A stretch of 64,000 bases of DNA, taken from positions 1 to 64,000 of IMG/VR virus record IMGVR_UViG_3300026518_000006, one strand, 5' to 3'. This document shows, one piece after another, positions 52,052 to 62,203 of the stretch. The number at the start of each line of letters is the position of its first letter. Position 1 is the stretch's first letter. A program made the position numbers and the translations under genes. The notes beneath the pieces were generated by a model. The model had not been told where the DNA came from. It did no database searches and saw nothing but the letters and a program-made list of their open reading frames with translations.

Positions 52052-52735
52052 TTAAAATAAATTACCAAGTTCATTACCTATTAATTCTTGGGCAAATGTA
52101 GTTCCTGCACTTCCATCAACTTCAACATCTGTATAAGCAAAAGTAACTGTTGTAGTCGAAACTTCTCCATTTGAGTCTTTGTATTCAATGGCACTAACAT
52201 CAGTTGGAAAAGCACCTATGAGTTTTACATAAGTTGTTCCCTCTCCATTCCAATTCAACTGCTCTATTTTCAAGTCTCTTTGATATACAGGCTGTATTCC
52301 TGTCATTAGAGATAGAGGGTTCTCAACAATACCCTTAACAGCATCAATTGTACCCTTAACAGCTCTGACAGCTGAATTTAAACTTATTCCACCAATACTC
52401 AAACCCCCCAAAAGACCTGCACTATTCATATTTGTATCGTGGACTTGGTTCATCCAATCAATAAAATAGTTTCTTGTTTTCATATCTTCTGTATTAAAGA
52501 AAGTCATTTCCCAAGCACCATTGAAGGACATTTCACCTCTTAAATATGTCTTTCGCCCTCTCACTATCACTTCTGTTGGGATTAATGTTTTTCCAGGAAG
52601 TGTGGTGGATTGCACAAGAACATCTAATTCTCCACCCAAGTCGTCATCCATAGGCACATATACTCTGTATTTGTTGTCTCTTGCTCCCGCACCTATAATG
52701 GTCTTTAATTCACTAATTGTTCCCATTATTACCAA
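52052..52735 (-). CDS. tail tube-fold paralogue
   Basis: GARDNKY; LPGK; GRKTYLRGE; AFPTDVSAIEY. Confidence 0.75.
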   Translation of the reverse strand: MVIMGTISELKTIIGAGARDNKYRVYVPMDDDLGGELDVLVQSTTLPGKTLIPTEVIVRGRKTYLRGEMSFNGAWEMTFFNTEDMKTRNYFIDWMNQVHDTNMNSAGLLGGLSIGGISLNSAVRAVKGTIDAVKGIVENPLSLMTGIQPVYQRDLKIEQLNWNGEGTTYVKLIGAFPTDVSAIEYKDSNGEVSTTTVTFAYTDVEVDGSAGTTFAQELIGNELGNLF

Positions 52736-53472
52736 CCATTTCCGAATATATCAACTGCTTTAACAAGACCTTTCCCAATACCACCTGTAACAGAGTTTAT
52801 TGCGCCTTGTATTTGACCTGTTACAAAGTTTTTAGCACCATTAACAATGTTATTTACTCCTCCTAATAAACTGTCCAATAAATCTATCCCTGTTTTGTTT
52901 ATAGCAAATGTAATAAAAGAAAATGTAACTGTAAGTTCTTGAGTCGAAGAAGGGCTATCTGTACTATATTGTATTTCACCAACACTGCTTGGATAAACAC
53001 CATAAAATGTGTATGTAGCCATTTCCTCATCTTCTTCCCAATTCATAGCCGAAAAGGTAAGAGTAGTATACATACCATCTATAGTTCCCGCTACCCCCAT
53101 ATCAAAAATACTACTACCACCACTGAAAGCTCCACCAGTGGATATATCTTCTCTTAAATCCATTCTAACCAACCACTCATCAAAAATAGATTTCATTCTG
53201 TGAGCGTCATCTAATATAAGTGTCATTGTGATTTGATTTATATTAGTGGTGGGTCCTGGAATTGGGGCGGTTCTACCTCTATACTTATAGTCTAATACTT
53301 CCACTTTTCTTTCAGGAATACTAAATCCTTTACAAAGAATATCCAAAGTTCTATCAGGGGGTAATGCCATACTCATAATACTTGTAGGAACACTGAGTTT
53401 TAATCTGTAACGAGTAGGTCTTGATAAATCACCACCTGCTGAATACAAGAGTGTGTTTACACGAGTAGCCAT
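52729..53472 (-). CDS. tail tube-fold paralogue
   Basis: SRPTRY; CKGFSIPE; GRTAPIPG; VYPSSVGEIQY. Confidence 0.75.
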   Translation of the reverse strand: MATRVNTLLYSAGGDLSRPTRYRLKLSVPTSIMSMALPPDRTLDILCKGFSIPERKVEVLDYKYRGRTAPIPGPTTNINQITMTLILDDAHRMKSIFDEWLVRMDLREDISTGGAFSGGSSIFDMGVAGTIDGMYTTLTFSAMNWEEDEEMATYTFYGVYPSSVGEIQYSTDSPSSTQELTVTFSFITFAINKTGIDLLDSLLGGVNNIVNGAKNFVTGQIQGAINSVTGGIGKGLVKAVDIFGNGW

Positions 53473-53493
53473 TATAATCCTTTAACTTTGTTT

Positions 53494-53507
53494 TATTTAT
53501 ATAAATA
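53494..53507. promoter_or_regulatory. overlapping divergent late promoters
   Basis: TATAAATA at 53494-501 (-) and 53500-07 (+). Confidence 0.65.
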
Positions 53508-53524
53508 AGTAAAAAAGGAAGTAT

Positions 53525-54175
53525 ATGAGTGTAATTTCAACACTAAAAAATGCAAGTGCTTCTAATTGGACAAAAACAAATGAGTTCAGTTTTATGTATA
53601 TACAAAACCCAAATTTTAATCAGTTTACTTTAAAAGATTTTGTTTATATCCAAGGGTTAAGTGAAATTGAAATATTTGAAAAAAACACCATTTCTGTAGA
53701 TGTCCCCCAATTAACAGCGGGTGAATTAGATACTGTTCTTGGGGGTCAGAGAAGACCAAATATTCGTATGCAAGAATTATTCAGATTTCAGGCTAAATTT
53801 AGAGATGAAGATGGGCTTTCATTAAGACAATATTTTGAATCGCTATGGATTGCTACTCAGTATGAATATTTTGACGATATTAAAGGTATGGTGGTTATTC
53901 TTGATGTTGATGGAAATGTTGTTTTTGCTAGTTATGATGTTATTATAAACTCTGTTTCTCCTGTTCAGTTTGATAACAATAGTAGCCAAATTGTGGAATT
54001 TGATGTTCAATTTCTTTCACCAACATATTCTGATGGAGTTGTCACGAATTTTGGTAAAATGAAATATGGTGATAGTTTTTTCCAAATAGGGAATGGTAGT
54101 AGTAGTGAAACCACAGTTACCGAAGAAAACGGAAATACAGATTTAACCGATGATGAAGCTCTTGGGTTATTTTAA
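53525..54175 (+). CDS. tube-fold baseplate protein (gp54-like)
   Basis: Position plus ISVDVPQL and SVSPVQFD...VEFDVQF pattern. Confidence 0.5.
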   Translation: MSVISTLKNASASNWTKTNEFSFMYIQNPNFNQFTLKDFVYIQGLSEIEIFEKNTISVDVPQLTAGELDTVLGGQRRPNIRMQELFRFQAKFRDEDGLSLRQYFESLWIATQYEYFDDIKGMVVILDVDGNVVFASYDVIINSVSPVQFDNNSSQIVEFDVQFLSPTYSDGVVTNFGKMKYGDSFFQIGNGSSSETTVTEENGNTDLTDDEALGLF

Positions 54176-54231
54176 GATTTCTTTAAAAATAAGATAGTAT
54201 TATAATATAAATTAAATCAAGGAAAATAATT

Positions 54232-54891
54232 TTGAATGTAGTTTTGGGAGATAACAAAGAGGTTGAGATTAGACCTTGGAAAGCTAAAGATAAAAAAGCT
54301 TTTATTAAATTACTTGAAGATAAAGGTGAAAATGTCACGGGTGAAGATATTACAAATGTTTTAGTTAGAAGTTGTATGAGCGACCCTGAAATTTTTTTAA
54401 ATCCTGATGAAGCACAGTATTTGATTATGAAAATCAAAGAGATAAGTATTGGTAATAATATCTCTTTTGATATGGAGTGTGACAATCCCGACTGTGGCAA
54501 AAACTTTGATGTAAATATAACATTTGATGATATAACTCATTATCAACCATCAAAATTTCCACACCAAGGTAAGATTATCAGTTGGAGAGAAATACCGTCA
54601 CAAAAGATATTTGATGATGTTATAAAATCTACTGATGAAGCTTATGTGGATGTTGAAATGTTGTTACATATGGATAGTATTAATGGGCAACCAATAGCAA
54701 GTTTTCAGGAAGCTTTAGAAATAGTAGACGATATGGAATTAAAACAGACGGAGGAGATAGAGCAGGAATATTCCGAGGTAGTCGCCTTTCTTGAATTAGG
54801 CACAAAAATCAAATGTCCTCATTGTGGGTATGAAGATGACTACCAATTTGATATTATTCCCCACTTTTTTGATGAGTTGCTTCCTAACTAA
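54232..54891 (+). CDS. baseplate hub subunit (gp26-like)
   Basis: VEIRPWKAKDKK; IKEISIG; CDNPDCG; KCPHCG. Confidence 0.75.
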   Translation: MNVVLGDNKEVEIRPWKAKDKKAFIKLLEDKGENVTGEDITNVLVRSCMSDPEIFLNPDEAQYLIMKIKEISIGNNISFDMECDNPDCGKNFDVNITFDDITHYQPSKFPHQGKIISWREIPSQKIFDDVIKSTDEAYVDVEMLLHMDSINGQPIASFQEALEIVDDMELKQTEEIEQEYSEVVAFLELGTKIKCPHCGYEDDYQFDIIPHFFDELLPN

Positions 54892-54899
54892 GGAAGATT

Positions 54900-55586
54900 A
54901 TGGAATTTAAATTAAATAGAACTCTTCAAGAATATAAAGACCTCTTAACTTATGAGGTCAGCCCCTACAATTCTTTTCAAGAAAAAACAGCCCTCATAAA
55001 ACAATCTGATGGCGAAAAAAATCCAATTAGAATAGCCAAAATTTTAGGACTAAACCCATCAAACAGATTTGAAGCAATCGCTATGATTTTTAAAGCAAGA
55101 GAAAACTCAGTAGATGACCTTATTGAGTTTAACTATAAATGTAAAGAATGTGGGTTTTTAGATTTAAAATCTATAAGTATTTCGGATATGTTCTTTAAAG
55201 ATGATATTGATGAATCATTGCCTATAGGAATATTTGAAACACTTGATGAGATAATAAGTGAAGAAGATATAAATAACCTAAGCATTAAAGAGTTTAATGA
55301 GCTTGAAAAAAAGCTTTTTAAAAACAATCTTGCTATCTTTGACCCATCAATTGTATTGACTTGTTCAAAGTGCAAGAATAGAGAGAAAACAGTTTTTGAC
55401 ATCAGTTCTGTTGTTTCAAAAACTACATTGAAAAACATATATGAACAATATTTGGATTTGACATATTTTAGTAATATGACCAAGTATGATGTTGACAATA
55501 TGTACCCATTTGAGCGTGAAGTGTTTTTAGGACTTATTCAAAAGAAAGAAGATGAAAAGGCACAGGCACAAGCACAACAACGATAA
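54900..55586 (+). CDS. baseplate hub assembly protein (gp26/gp51-like)
   Basis: KARENSV, CKECG, CSKC; C-terminal VDNMYPFEREVFL. Confidence 0.65.
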   Translation: MEFKLNRTLQEYKDLLTYEVSPYNSFQEKTALIKQSDGEKNPIRIAKILGLNPSNRFEAIAMIFKARENSVDDLIEFNYKCKECGFLDLKSISISDMFFKDDIDESLPIGIFETLDEIISEEDINNLSIKEFNELEKKLFKNNLAIFDPSIVLTCSKCKNREKTVFDISSVVSKTTLKNIYEQYLDLTYFSNMTKYDVDNMYPFEREVFLGLIQKKEDEKAQAQAQQR

Positions 55587-55597
55587 AAGGAAATATT

Positions 55598-57922
55598 ATG
55601 GCAAGTGGTCACGGTGCTAATCGTAAATACAAACCGAGAAATTATAGTTACGAAGCGGTTGATAATCCTGTCGTTGATGCTTGGTATTTTTGGACTGATA
55701 GAAAAGAATGGAACAAAAGAAGAAGAGAAACTAACAGAAAATTAAAGCAGGGTAAACAGGACAGTTTTGCAAAAGGTTGGAATTCTATCAGTGAGTATGG
55801 ATTAAAAGCTACGCCTTGGGTTGCTCCAACAACAGCGTTAGACCCTACAAACAATGCTTCAATGGGCGAAAGAGCATTAGATTTAGCACTTACATTACCT
55901 ATGCTTAAACCATTAAAAACTTTGAAAGTAGGAAAAAGTGCGGTAAAAAATATAAGCAACTATAGTATGAAAGTTGCCGAAAAAACTTCACCTGCTGTAA
56001 AGGCAATCAAAAACTCAAAATATACAAATCAAGCCGTAAAGAAAATAAAAGAAGTTGCTAATACAGGTGCGAATAAAACTACTGAAAAAATACTGCAAGC
56101 TAAAGGTTTTAGCAAACAGGCTACTCAAAAATATGGAAAAAAACTATCTGAATTTATATCAAAAAAGGCAGGTAGTTATAAAAAAGCAAAAGAAATTAAG
56201 AAACTAGAAAAAGGTGCAAAACAATTAAAAAAAGGTAAAAAATCCTCACTTATAGGGAAGACGACAAAATATGGTATTTTGGGTGGAATAGGCTATGGAT
56301 TATATAGTGGCATCAGCGGGTTGTTTAATGGTGCTGTTGATGTTTTAGGAGGAAAAAGTGGTACTTTTGGATATCCACAAGGCGCAAGTGGTGCAGGTGG
56401 GAATGGTGGCTTCGGTGGTTTTGGAAGTTCAGGCAATTCAGCCAACTTTGGTATGGGGGCTGTTGGAGGGTATGTAGGTAGCAGATATGGTTTTAAACAA
56501 AATATGCGCTTTACCGATAAAAAACCTCTCACTGCTTTAAAAACAAATGCCTTAGAAGTTGGAAATCAAGCTAAATTGATTGGTAGTTGTTGTACTAATG
56601 ACCCACAAGAAAAGATAAAAATTCACGCTTTTAGAGATAAAGTTGAACATAGCTTAGAAATAATTGCTAAATCTGAAAAATCTGAGGCTGAATCATTAAA
56701 AAAAGCTACAAAGAAGAAGCAAAATGACCCACGATTTAAAAGACTGACAAGTAGTGTAATGGGAGCGGTTAAGTCCTTAGAAAAACAAATATCTTTAAAA
56801 AATATGGCAAAAGCAGTAGGTATAGGTATTATGGGGCTTTTAGGGGGTTGGGGTGTTCTTTGGCTTGTAGGTTTTGTTAAGCGAATGGGAGGGTGGTTTG
56901 GTCTGAAAAAGTGGCTCACAGACAGCATTATGTCTAAAGTTGAAAGTATGATGGATGCCTTAAAACAATGGTGGGAAGATAATGTTATCCCTATTGTTTG
57001 GTTAGTACTTGAGCAATTAGCAGTTGTTATGGAAAGTTTAGGGATAGATACCACTACTATCAGAACAGCACAAAAAAACTTAAATAACCCAACAGCTTCA
57101 GGTGGTGGCGGTGGTAGCCAACCATCTACGGTTCAACCCACACAAACCCCATCAGGTGTTACGCCCGCACCGAAACCATCGGGTGGTGGAAGTGGTGGAA
57201 GTGGAAAGTCACCATCAAAAACACCTATGATAAAGGTACCAACAGGAAATAGTGCCCCAATATCGGGCAAAATAGGAAGAGTCACAAGCGGGTATGGAGA
57301 AAGAAATATACACGGTAAGAAAGAATTCCATCACGGCATAGATTTATCCGCACCTATTGGTACACCTGTTCAATCAATAGATTACGGTATTGTTGTAGTA
57401 GCCGACACAAATCCAGGAGGAAGAGAGGGCAAATATGTGTCAATTTACAACCCAAGAACAAAGAAGAGAGTATCTTATATGCACCTTTCAAAGATATCGC
57501 CTGCTGTCCTAAAAGCATATAAAAACAAAACTGTTATTAAAGCAGGAGAAGTAATAGGTTGGAGTGGCGCAACAGGAACAAGAGTGACAGGACCACACAT
57601 TCATATTCAGGTTAAAAGCGGAAAAACAGGCGGTAAATTTATGAACCCACAGGCGTATGTAGATGAAGTTGCACCGTATAATACTGAACACCCAAATGAA
57701 GCATACTCTCAAGCTCACCCAGGAAGTAGCCCAATTCAGGCTAATAAAGCACCTAAAAAAATAAATCCCGCTCCAACAGGACAACATAGTGCGTTTATAT
57801 CTAAAGAAGAATTTGAGCTGTATAAAAAAAGTCAAGATGGTATAAATAAACATATAATGAATGTTGCTGTTACAGCAGGAACACAAGAAACAAAAAGTTT
57901 AAAACATACATTTACAGCGTAA
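55598..57922 (+). CDS. tape-measure/hub-like protein with C-terminal M23 peptidase
   Basis: Lys/Ala helical region, Gly-rich region, TM segments; HHGIDLSAP..TPV and TGPHIH. Confidence 0.75.
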   Translation: MASGHGANRKYKPRNYSYEAVDNPVVDAWYFWTDRKEWNKRRRETNRKLKQGKQDSFAKGWNSISEYGLKATPWVAPTTALDPTNNASMGERALDLALTLPMLKPLKTLKVGKSAVKNISNYSMKVAEKTSPAVKAIKNSKYTNQAVKKIKEVANTGANKTTEKILQAKGFSKQATQKYGKKLSEFISKKAGSYKKAKEIKKLEKGAKQLKKGKKSSLIGKTTKYGILGGIGYGLYSGISGLFNGAVDVLGGKSGTFGYPQGASGAGGNGGFGGFGSSGNSANFGMGAVGGYVGSRYGFKQNMRFTDKKPLTALKTNALEVGNQAKLIGSCCTNDPQEKIKIHAFRDKVEHSLEIIAKSEKSEAESLKKATKKKQNDPRFKRLTSSVMGAVKSLEKQISLKNMAKAVGIGIMGLLGGWGVLWLVGFVKRMGGWFGLKKWLTDSIMSKVESMMDALKQWWEDNVIPIVWLVLEQLAVVMESLGIDTTTIRTAQKNLNNPTASGGGGGSQPSTVQPTQTPSGVTPAPKPSGGGSGGSGKSPSKTPMIKVPTGNSAPISGKIGRVTSGYGERNIHGKKEFHHGIDLSAPIGTPVQSIDYGIVVVADTNPGGREGKYVSIYNPRTKKRVSYMHLSKISPAVLKAYKNKTVIKAGEVIGWSGATGTRVTGPHIHIQVKSGKTGGKFMNPQAYVDEVAPYNTEHPNEAYSQAHPGSSPIQANKAPKKINPAPTGQHSAFISKEEFELYKKSQDGINKHIMNVAVTAGTQETKSLKHTFTA

Positions 57923-57931
57923 GGATAAATA

Positions 57932-58921
57932 ATGGCTACCAATACAGGAACACAAACGAAAACTTCTCAAAATCAATCAGCTATTGGCTACCAAGAAGAA
58001 TCGACTATGTTTAAATTTCCTTTCGATTTGAGTGAAGTTAGATATATGCAATTCAATTTTTTTGATGGAGTGAGTGGCGAGGATATCACTAATAAAATAT
58101 CTAATATAACAGCCAAAGCGATTTCTAAAAGTGAAAATACAAAAGAAGGTTATAAAGCTTTTGTTAAAAAGGCAAAAGATACATACAAAGAATATGGGTT
58201 AAAAGAGGGAGGTTTTATGGAGTTCTTAGACAAAACCCAAGAGAAAATAGATGACCCAACTAAACAGGAAGACTTAGAGTTGCCCGATGATGTGACTTCT
58301 AGAAGTGCTCTTGATAATGCAACTTTTGTAAACGCTATTTTTATGCCTTTGGTGAACAATTTGAGAGAAAGTATAAACCAAGGATATAACGCTGAAAATG
58401 GTGCACTTGCGTCTATGATGGGAGAATTAGAATCAAACAGCAAAATATCAGCTGTATCAAACTCATTATCTAACGCAGGTAAATTATTTGGAGCTAGAGT
58501 ATGGCAAAAAAACCCCGATTTTATTCAACAATATACAGGGTCAGCACTAAGAAGTTTTGTATTATCTTGGCAACTAACTCCAAATTCAAAAGATGAAGCA
58601 AAAGTTTTATTTGAAATTATTCGAATTTTTAAAAGAATGTCGTCTCCTATTAAGGCAGGTGGAGGTGTTTTTATAAAACCACCGTTATTTTGTAATATTC
58701 ATATAAACAACGAACATCTTCAGGACAGTATAAGAATGGATGAGATGGTTATTTCACAAATAAATGTTAATTATAGTGAGACAGGATATATGGAAACTTT
58801 CAAAGACGGAGTTCCAAAAGCAATTATGCTTGAAATGACTGTTAATGAAAGAAGAATGAAAACTGAAGAAGATTGGTCAACAGAATATGATTCTAGCAAC
58901 AGATTTTCTCAAAACTATTAA
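57932..58921 (+). CDS. baseplate tail-tube cap (gp48-like)
   Basis: NP...QYTGSALRSFVLSWQL.P.S..EA; INVNYS...FKDG.PK...LE..E. Confidence 0.8.
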   Translation: MATNTGTQTKTSQNQSAIGYQEESTMFKFPFDLSEVRYMQFNFFDGVSGEDITNKISNITAKAISKSENTKEGYKAFVKKAKDTYKEYGLKEGGFMEFLDKTQEKIDDPTKQEDLELPDDVTSRSALDNATFVNAIFMPLVNNLRESINQGYNAENGALASMMGELESNSKISAVSNSLSNAGKLFGARVWQKNPDFIQQYTGSALRSFVLSWQLTPNSKDEAKVLFEIIRIFKRMSSPIKAGGGVFIKPPLFCNIHINNEHLQDSIRMDEMVISQINVNYSETGYMETFKDGVPKAIMLEMTVNERRMKTEEDWSTEYDSSNRFSQNY

Positions 58922-58933
58922 TAAGAGGTTATA

Positions 58934-59434
58934 ATGTATAATAAATGCTACTTATATGAAGAAAAAGTTTCTGAAGATAGCTACAAACTTAGAGACTACA
59001 CGTCATATTATTATGGTGGTATCACAAAAGAATTTGACAGAAATCCTGATTGGTTTTTTTATTTAGATGTTGATGACAACTTAAAAATTGAACAAATAGC
59101 TTATAAAGTATACGGCTCTGAAAACTATGCTGATGTGATTTTGGCTTGCAACCAAGAAGTGTTTTTATGGTCAATGCCGTACTCAACAGATATACTCCAA
59201 GAACAAAAAGAAGCTCTTGAAAAAATATTTTCCACAGAACTTGGTATTGGTGTTGGTGACGCTAGATTTGAAGATTTCCAAATATTTTTGGATTACATTG
59301 ATGAGGATGTAGAAAGAAGAAATACCAAAAAACGAAAGTTTAGATTGCCTAAAAAAGATAGTATAGACGATGTTATGAATTTAATAAGCAGTTATAGAAA
59401 AGGCAATAAAATAACACAATATGAGGAAGAATAA
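58934..59434 (+). CDS. baseplate wedge subunit (gp53-like)
   Basis: EQIAYKVYGSENY.DVIL..N (LysM-like). Confidence 0.75.
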   Translation: MYNKCYLYEEKVSEDSYKLRDYTSYYYGGITKEFDRNPDWFFYLDVDDNLKIEQIAYKVYGSENYADVILACNQEVFLWSMPYSTDILQEQKEALEKIFSTELGIGVGDARFEDFQIFLDYIDEDVERRNTKKRKFRLPKKDSIDDVMNLISSYRKGNKITQYEEE

Positions 59435-60606
59435 TGCCTGATTTAAGTGCGCACGATGTTTCTCCAACACTATCAGAGAGTGCTAAAATAAAAAACCTTT
59501 CTGTTATTATTAATGGGAAAGAGCTACGACCAAACAATATAGATGATTTAGAGATTGTTTTTGGGGTAGGTGGTAAAACAGGACATATAACTTTTCTTGA
59601 TGTTGATAACCTTAACGAGTTGGGCGCACTTATCCAAGGAGATATAATAATTTCTTATACTGATAGTTTGGGTGCATCATACAAAGAAGTATTTGCAATA
59701 GTGCAATCAAAAAATGCAAGAAATAAGTCAAGTGGAATTACAATCCAATTACAATTTGAGTCTTATATCACATACACATTAAAACAAACTTATCTTTCAT
59801 TGGGATTTAAAAACAAAACAATCGGTGAAGTTTTTGATGAGATTATGAAGAAGTTGGAATTACCTGTTGATATAGTAGAAAAAGAAGATTCTCACAAATT
59901 TGAGGGAATAGTTATACCGAAATCTATAAGTCTTTATGATTGGATGAATACAAAGATGAGCCTGATGAATATGGTTCTAATAGATACAAAAAAAGAAACA
60001 TCAATTGTATCAAAAGATTTGCTTGATTTCTCTAAACTCGATGAGCCTCAAGAAAGAGATTTCATACAAGGATTTAAAGGAGACAGACCTTTTCATAGTA
60101 TTCTTGAATTTAATGGTGATATTTCTAGCCGACAAAAACTTAATCAGGCACCTCCCACTCAAATAGAATATATTAAAGACAATGTATTGTCTTTGGTTAC
60201 TGAGGTAGTATCTTTGGAAACAGCATATGCCAGTCAAAAATTAAATGGGGGAGCAGGTGTAAAGGGTGCTAATATTGTAAATACATCCGCTTTCATTGGT
60301 CAAAAAACAGGTTCTCCTTTAGGGATAAATAAGAGACAAGGGCTTGATTATGATTATAGAGATGCCATAAATGAGAGTCAAGATGTATATATGATAGTAC
60401 AAGGAACAAATTTTGATAGATTATATACTAAAGTAAAGGTTAGTCTACACAGAACTGTTGATATTAAGGGTGGAGGTAAAGATGAAACTTTTAGTGGAAT
60501 ATTTGTTGTGACGAGATTTGTGGATAAAATAACAAGCGGTATATTTTATCAGAAACTAGTACTCCAAAGAAGTGACTTCGGAGAAGGAGACCCTAATGTT
60601 AAATAA
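59434..60606 (+). CDS. baseplate hub protein (gp27-like)
   Basis: Position between gp53 and gp5; size; SGIFVVT...KLVL end. Confidence 0.6.
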   Translation: MPDLSAHDVSPTLSESAKIKNLSVIINGKELRPNNIDDLEIVFGVGGKTGHITFLDVDNLNELGALIQGDIIISYTDSLGASYKEVFAIVQSKNARNKSSGITIQLQFESYITYTLKQTYLSLGFKNKTIGEVFDEIMKKLELPVDIVEKEDSHKFEGIVIPKSISLYDWMNTKMSLMNMVLIDTKKETSIVSKDLLDFSKLDEPQERDFIQGFKGDRPFHSILEFNGDISSRQKLNQAPPTQIEYIKDNVLSLVTEVVSLETAYASQKLNGGAGVKGANIVNTSAFIGQKTGSPLGINKRQGLDYDYRDAINESQDVYMIVQGTNFDRLYTKVKVSLHRTVDIKGGGKDETFSGIFVVTRFVDKITSGIFYQKLVLQRSDFGEGDPNVK

Positions 60607-61450
60607 TATTTACCGATGTGTGGTAGAAGACAATAAAGACCCTAAATTTTTAGGTAGAGTTCGCATTAGAGTTGTCGGTGTACACGACAAAAGAGCAGAT
60701 TTAGTTCCAACAGATTGTTTGCCTTGGAGCGAAACGCTAAATCCTATTGATGGAGGAGGCGGTGGTGGTGTTGGTTCAAGCACCAATATTATCCAAGGTG
60801 TGTGGGGGTATTGTGTGCCTATGAACGAAGCACTTACTGAATTCCTCTTTATAGGTACTATGAATGGCAAAATGAACGAAATCCCAAAAGAAACAGATGA
60901 TGACGGCAATCCGATGGGGTTTAGAGACCCTGATGGAAACTTCCCACCAAAAGCAGGAGAAAGTACAAACAAATTAGCAAGAGGAGAGGCAAAAGAGGGA
61001 GTTACACAGGACAGAATTGAAGTAGAAGTTAATAAAACAAAATTTAAAGAGCCTGACGATACTGCACAAAACGCAAAATACCCAAATAATAAAGTTTATG
61101 AAGATTTGGCAGGAAATATTTTTGAAATAGATGGTACAAAAGGTAATGAAAGATTCAGATTACAACACTCTTCAGGTGCAAGAATTGAAATCAACAAAGA
61201 CGGAATAATAACTATTTCATCAAAATCTGATATGTTTATTAAGGGAAGTTTAATTGTGGATGGCACAATAAACATCAATGGAAATATTACTACCAATAGT
61301 GATATTCTTGCGGTAGGCAATGTTACAAGTAAATCTAATATATATTCTGAAGGAGATGTATTTGGCGATTCAAAAGGCACAAATATAAGTCTTGTTAACC
61401 ATAAACACACAGGAAATGATGGAGCCCCAACTTCTCCACCGCTTCCTTAG
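60596..61450 (+). CDS. baseplate spike (gp5-like OB fold with HxH tip)
   Basis: VVEDNKDP..LGRVRIRV.G.H; LPW; YP.NKV; SLVNHKHTG. Confidence 0.85.
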   Translation: MLNNIYRCVVEDNKDPKFLGRVRIRVVGVHDKRADLVPTDCLPWSETLNPIDGGGGGGVGSSTNIIQGVWGYCVPMNEALTEFLFIGTMNGKMNEIPKETDDDGNPMGFRDPDGNFPPKAGESTNKLARGEAKEGVTQDRIEVEVNKTKFKEPDDTAQNAKYPNNKVYEDLAGNIFEIDGTKGNERFRLQHSSGARIEINKDGIITISSKSDMFIKGSLIVDGTININGNITTNSDILAVGNVTSKSNIYSEGDVFGDSKGTNISLVNHKHTGNDGAPTSPPLP

Positions 61451-61782
61451 CAGTATAAAGTATTTATCGGTTTAGACATACTCTGACCCTCATAAATACT
61501 TTAAATGGTTTTAAACGGCATTTACGCCTTATTCTTTATGTATTTTAACAATTCCTCTGAAGCTTCTATTATACTACCCCAATAAAAAATGGTGTCAACA
61601 AGTTTGTTTTTATTATTAAGATACTTTCCTTCTATTAAAACACTTGCTTTTCCATCTACTTCATTTATACAATATTTTATCATTATTTCTCCCAACAAAT
61701 CTTTTATATTTGGTATAATACATTTATATTTTTAAACTATTATAAAATCACTTATAAATAAGAAAAATAAGGAGATTAATTT

Positions 61783-62193
61783 ATGTCATATTATACTGAT
61801 ATAGTTCCGAAAACCAATGAAGAAGATGTTGTAGGATATAAACTAATCCACGATATAGACGCTGTTAAAAATTCACTAATAAACCTTTTTACAATAAGAA
61901 AAGGCGAAGTTCCAGGAAAACCTTGGTTGGGTAGCCCTTTAACCCCATACCTATTCGACAATATTGGTTTTTTTGAAGAAAAAGCAATACAAACCGCTTT
62001 TAAAAATACAGTAGCATTATACGAACCTAGAGTTGATATTCAGTCACTTAGAGTGGTGGCATCGCCTGAATACAATAGAATAACTGTTACTATAAAGTTT
62101 TATGTATTAATAAATAACACAAAGACTTTTGAAAACCTTAGATTTTCATTAGCCCATAACGAAATGACAAGTATCGTCACAAGACACGCATAA
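61783..62193 (+). CDS. baseplate wedge subunit (gp25-like)
   Basis: AVKNSL.NL...KGE.P..P.LGS; YEPRV; TATAAATA at 61753-60. Confidence 0.85.
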   Translation: MSYYTDIVPKTNEEDVVGYKLIHDIDAVKNSLINLFTIRKGEVPGKPWLGSPLTPYLFDNIGFFEEKAIQTAFKNTVALYEPRVDIQSLRVVASPEYNRITVTIKFYVLINNTKTFENLRFSLAHNEMTSIVTRHA

Positions 62194-62203
62194 AGGAAAA
62201 CAA

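Noticed and set aside
61568-61598. Minus-strand TTGACA...TATAAT in the gp5-gp25 gap
   Set aside because: The spacing is 19 nt and no convincing downstream ORF follows.
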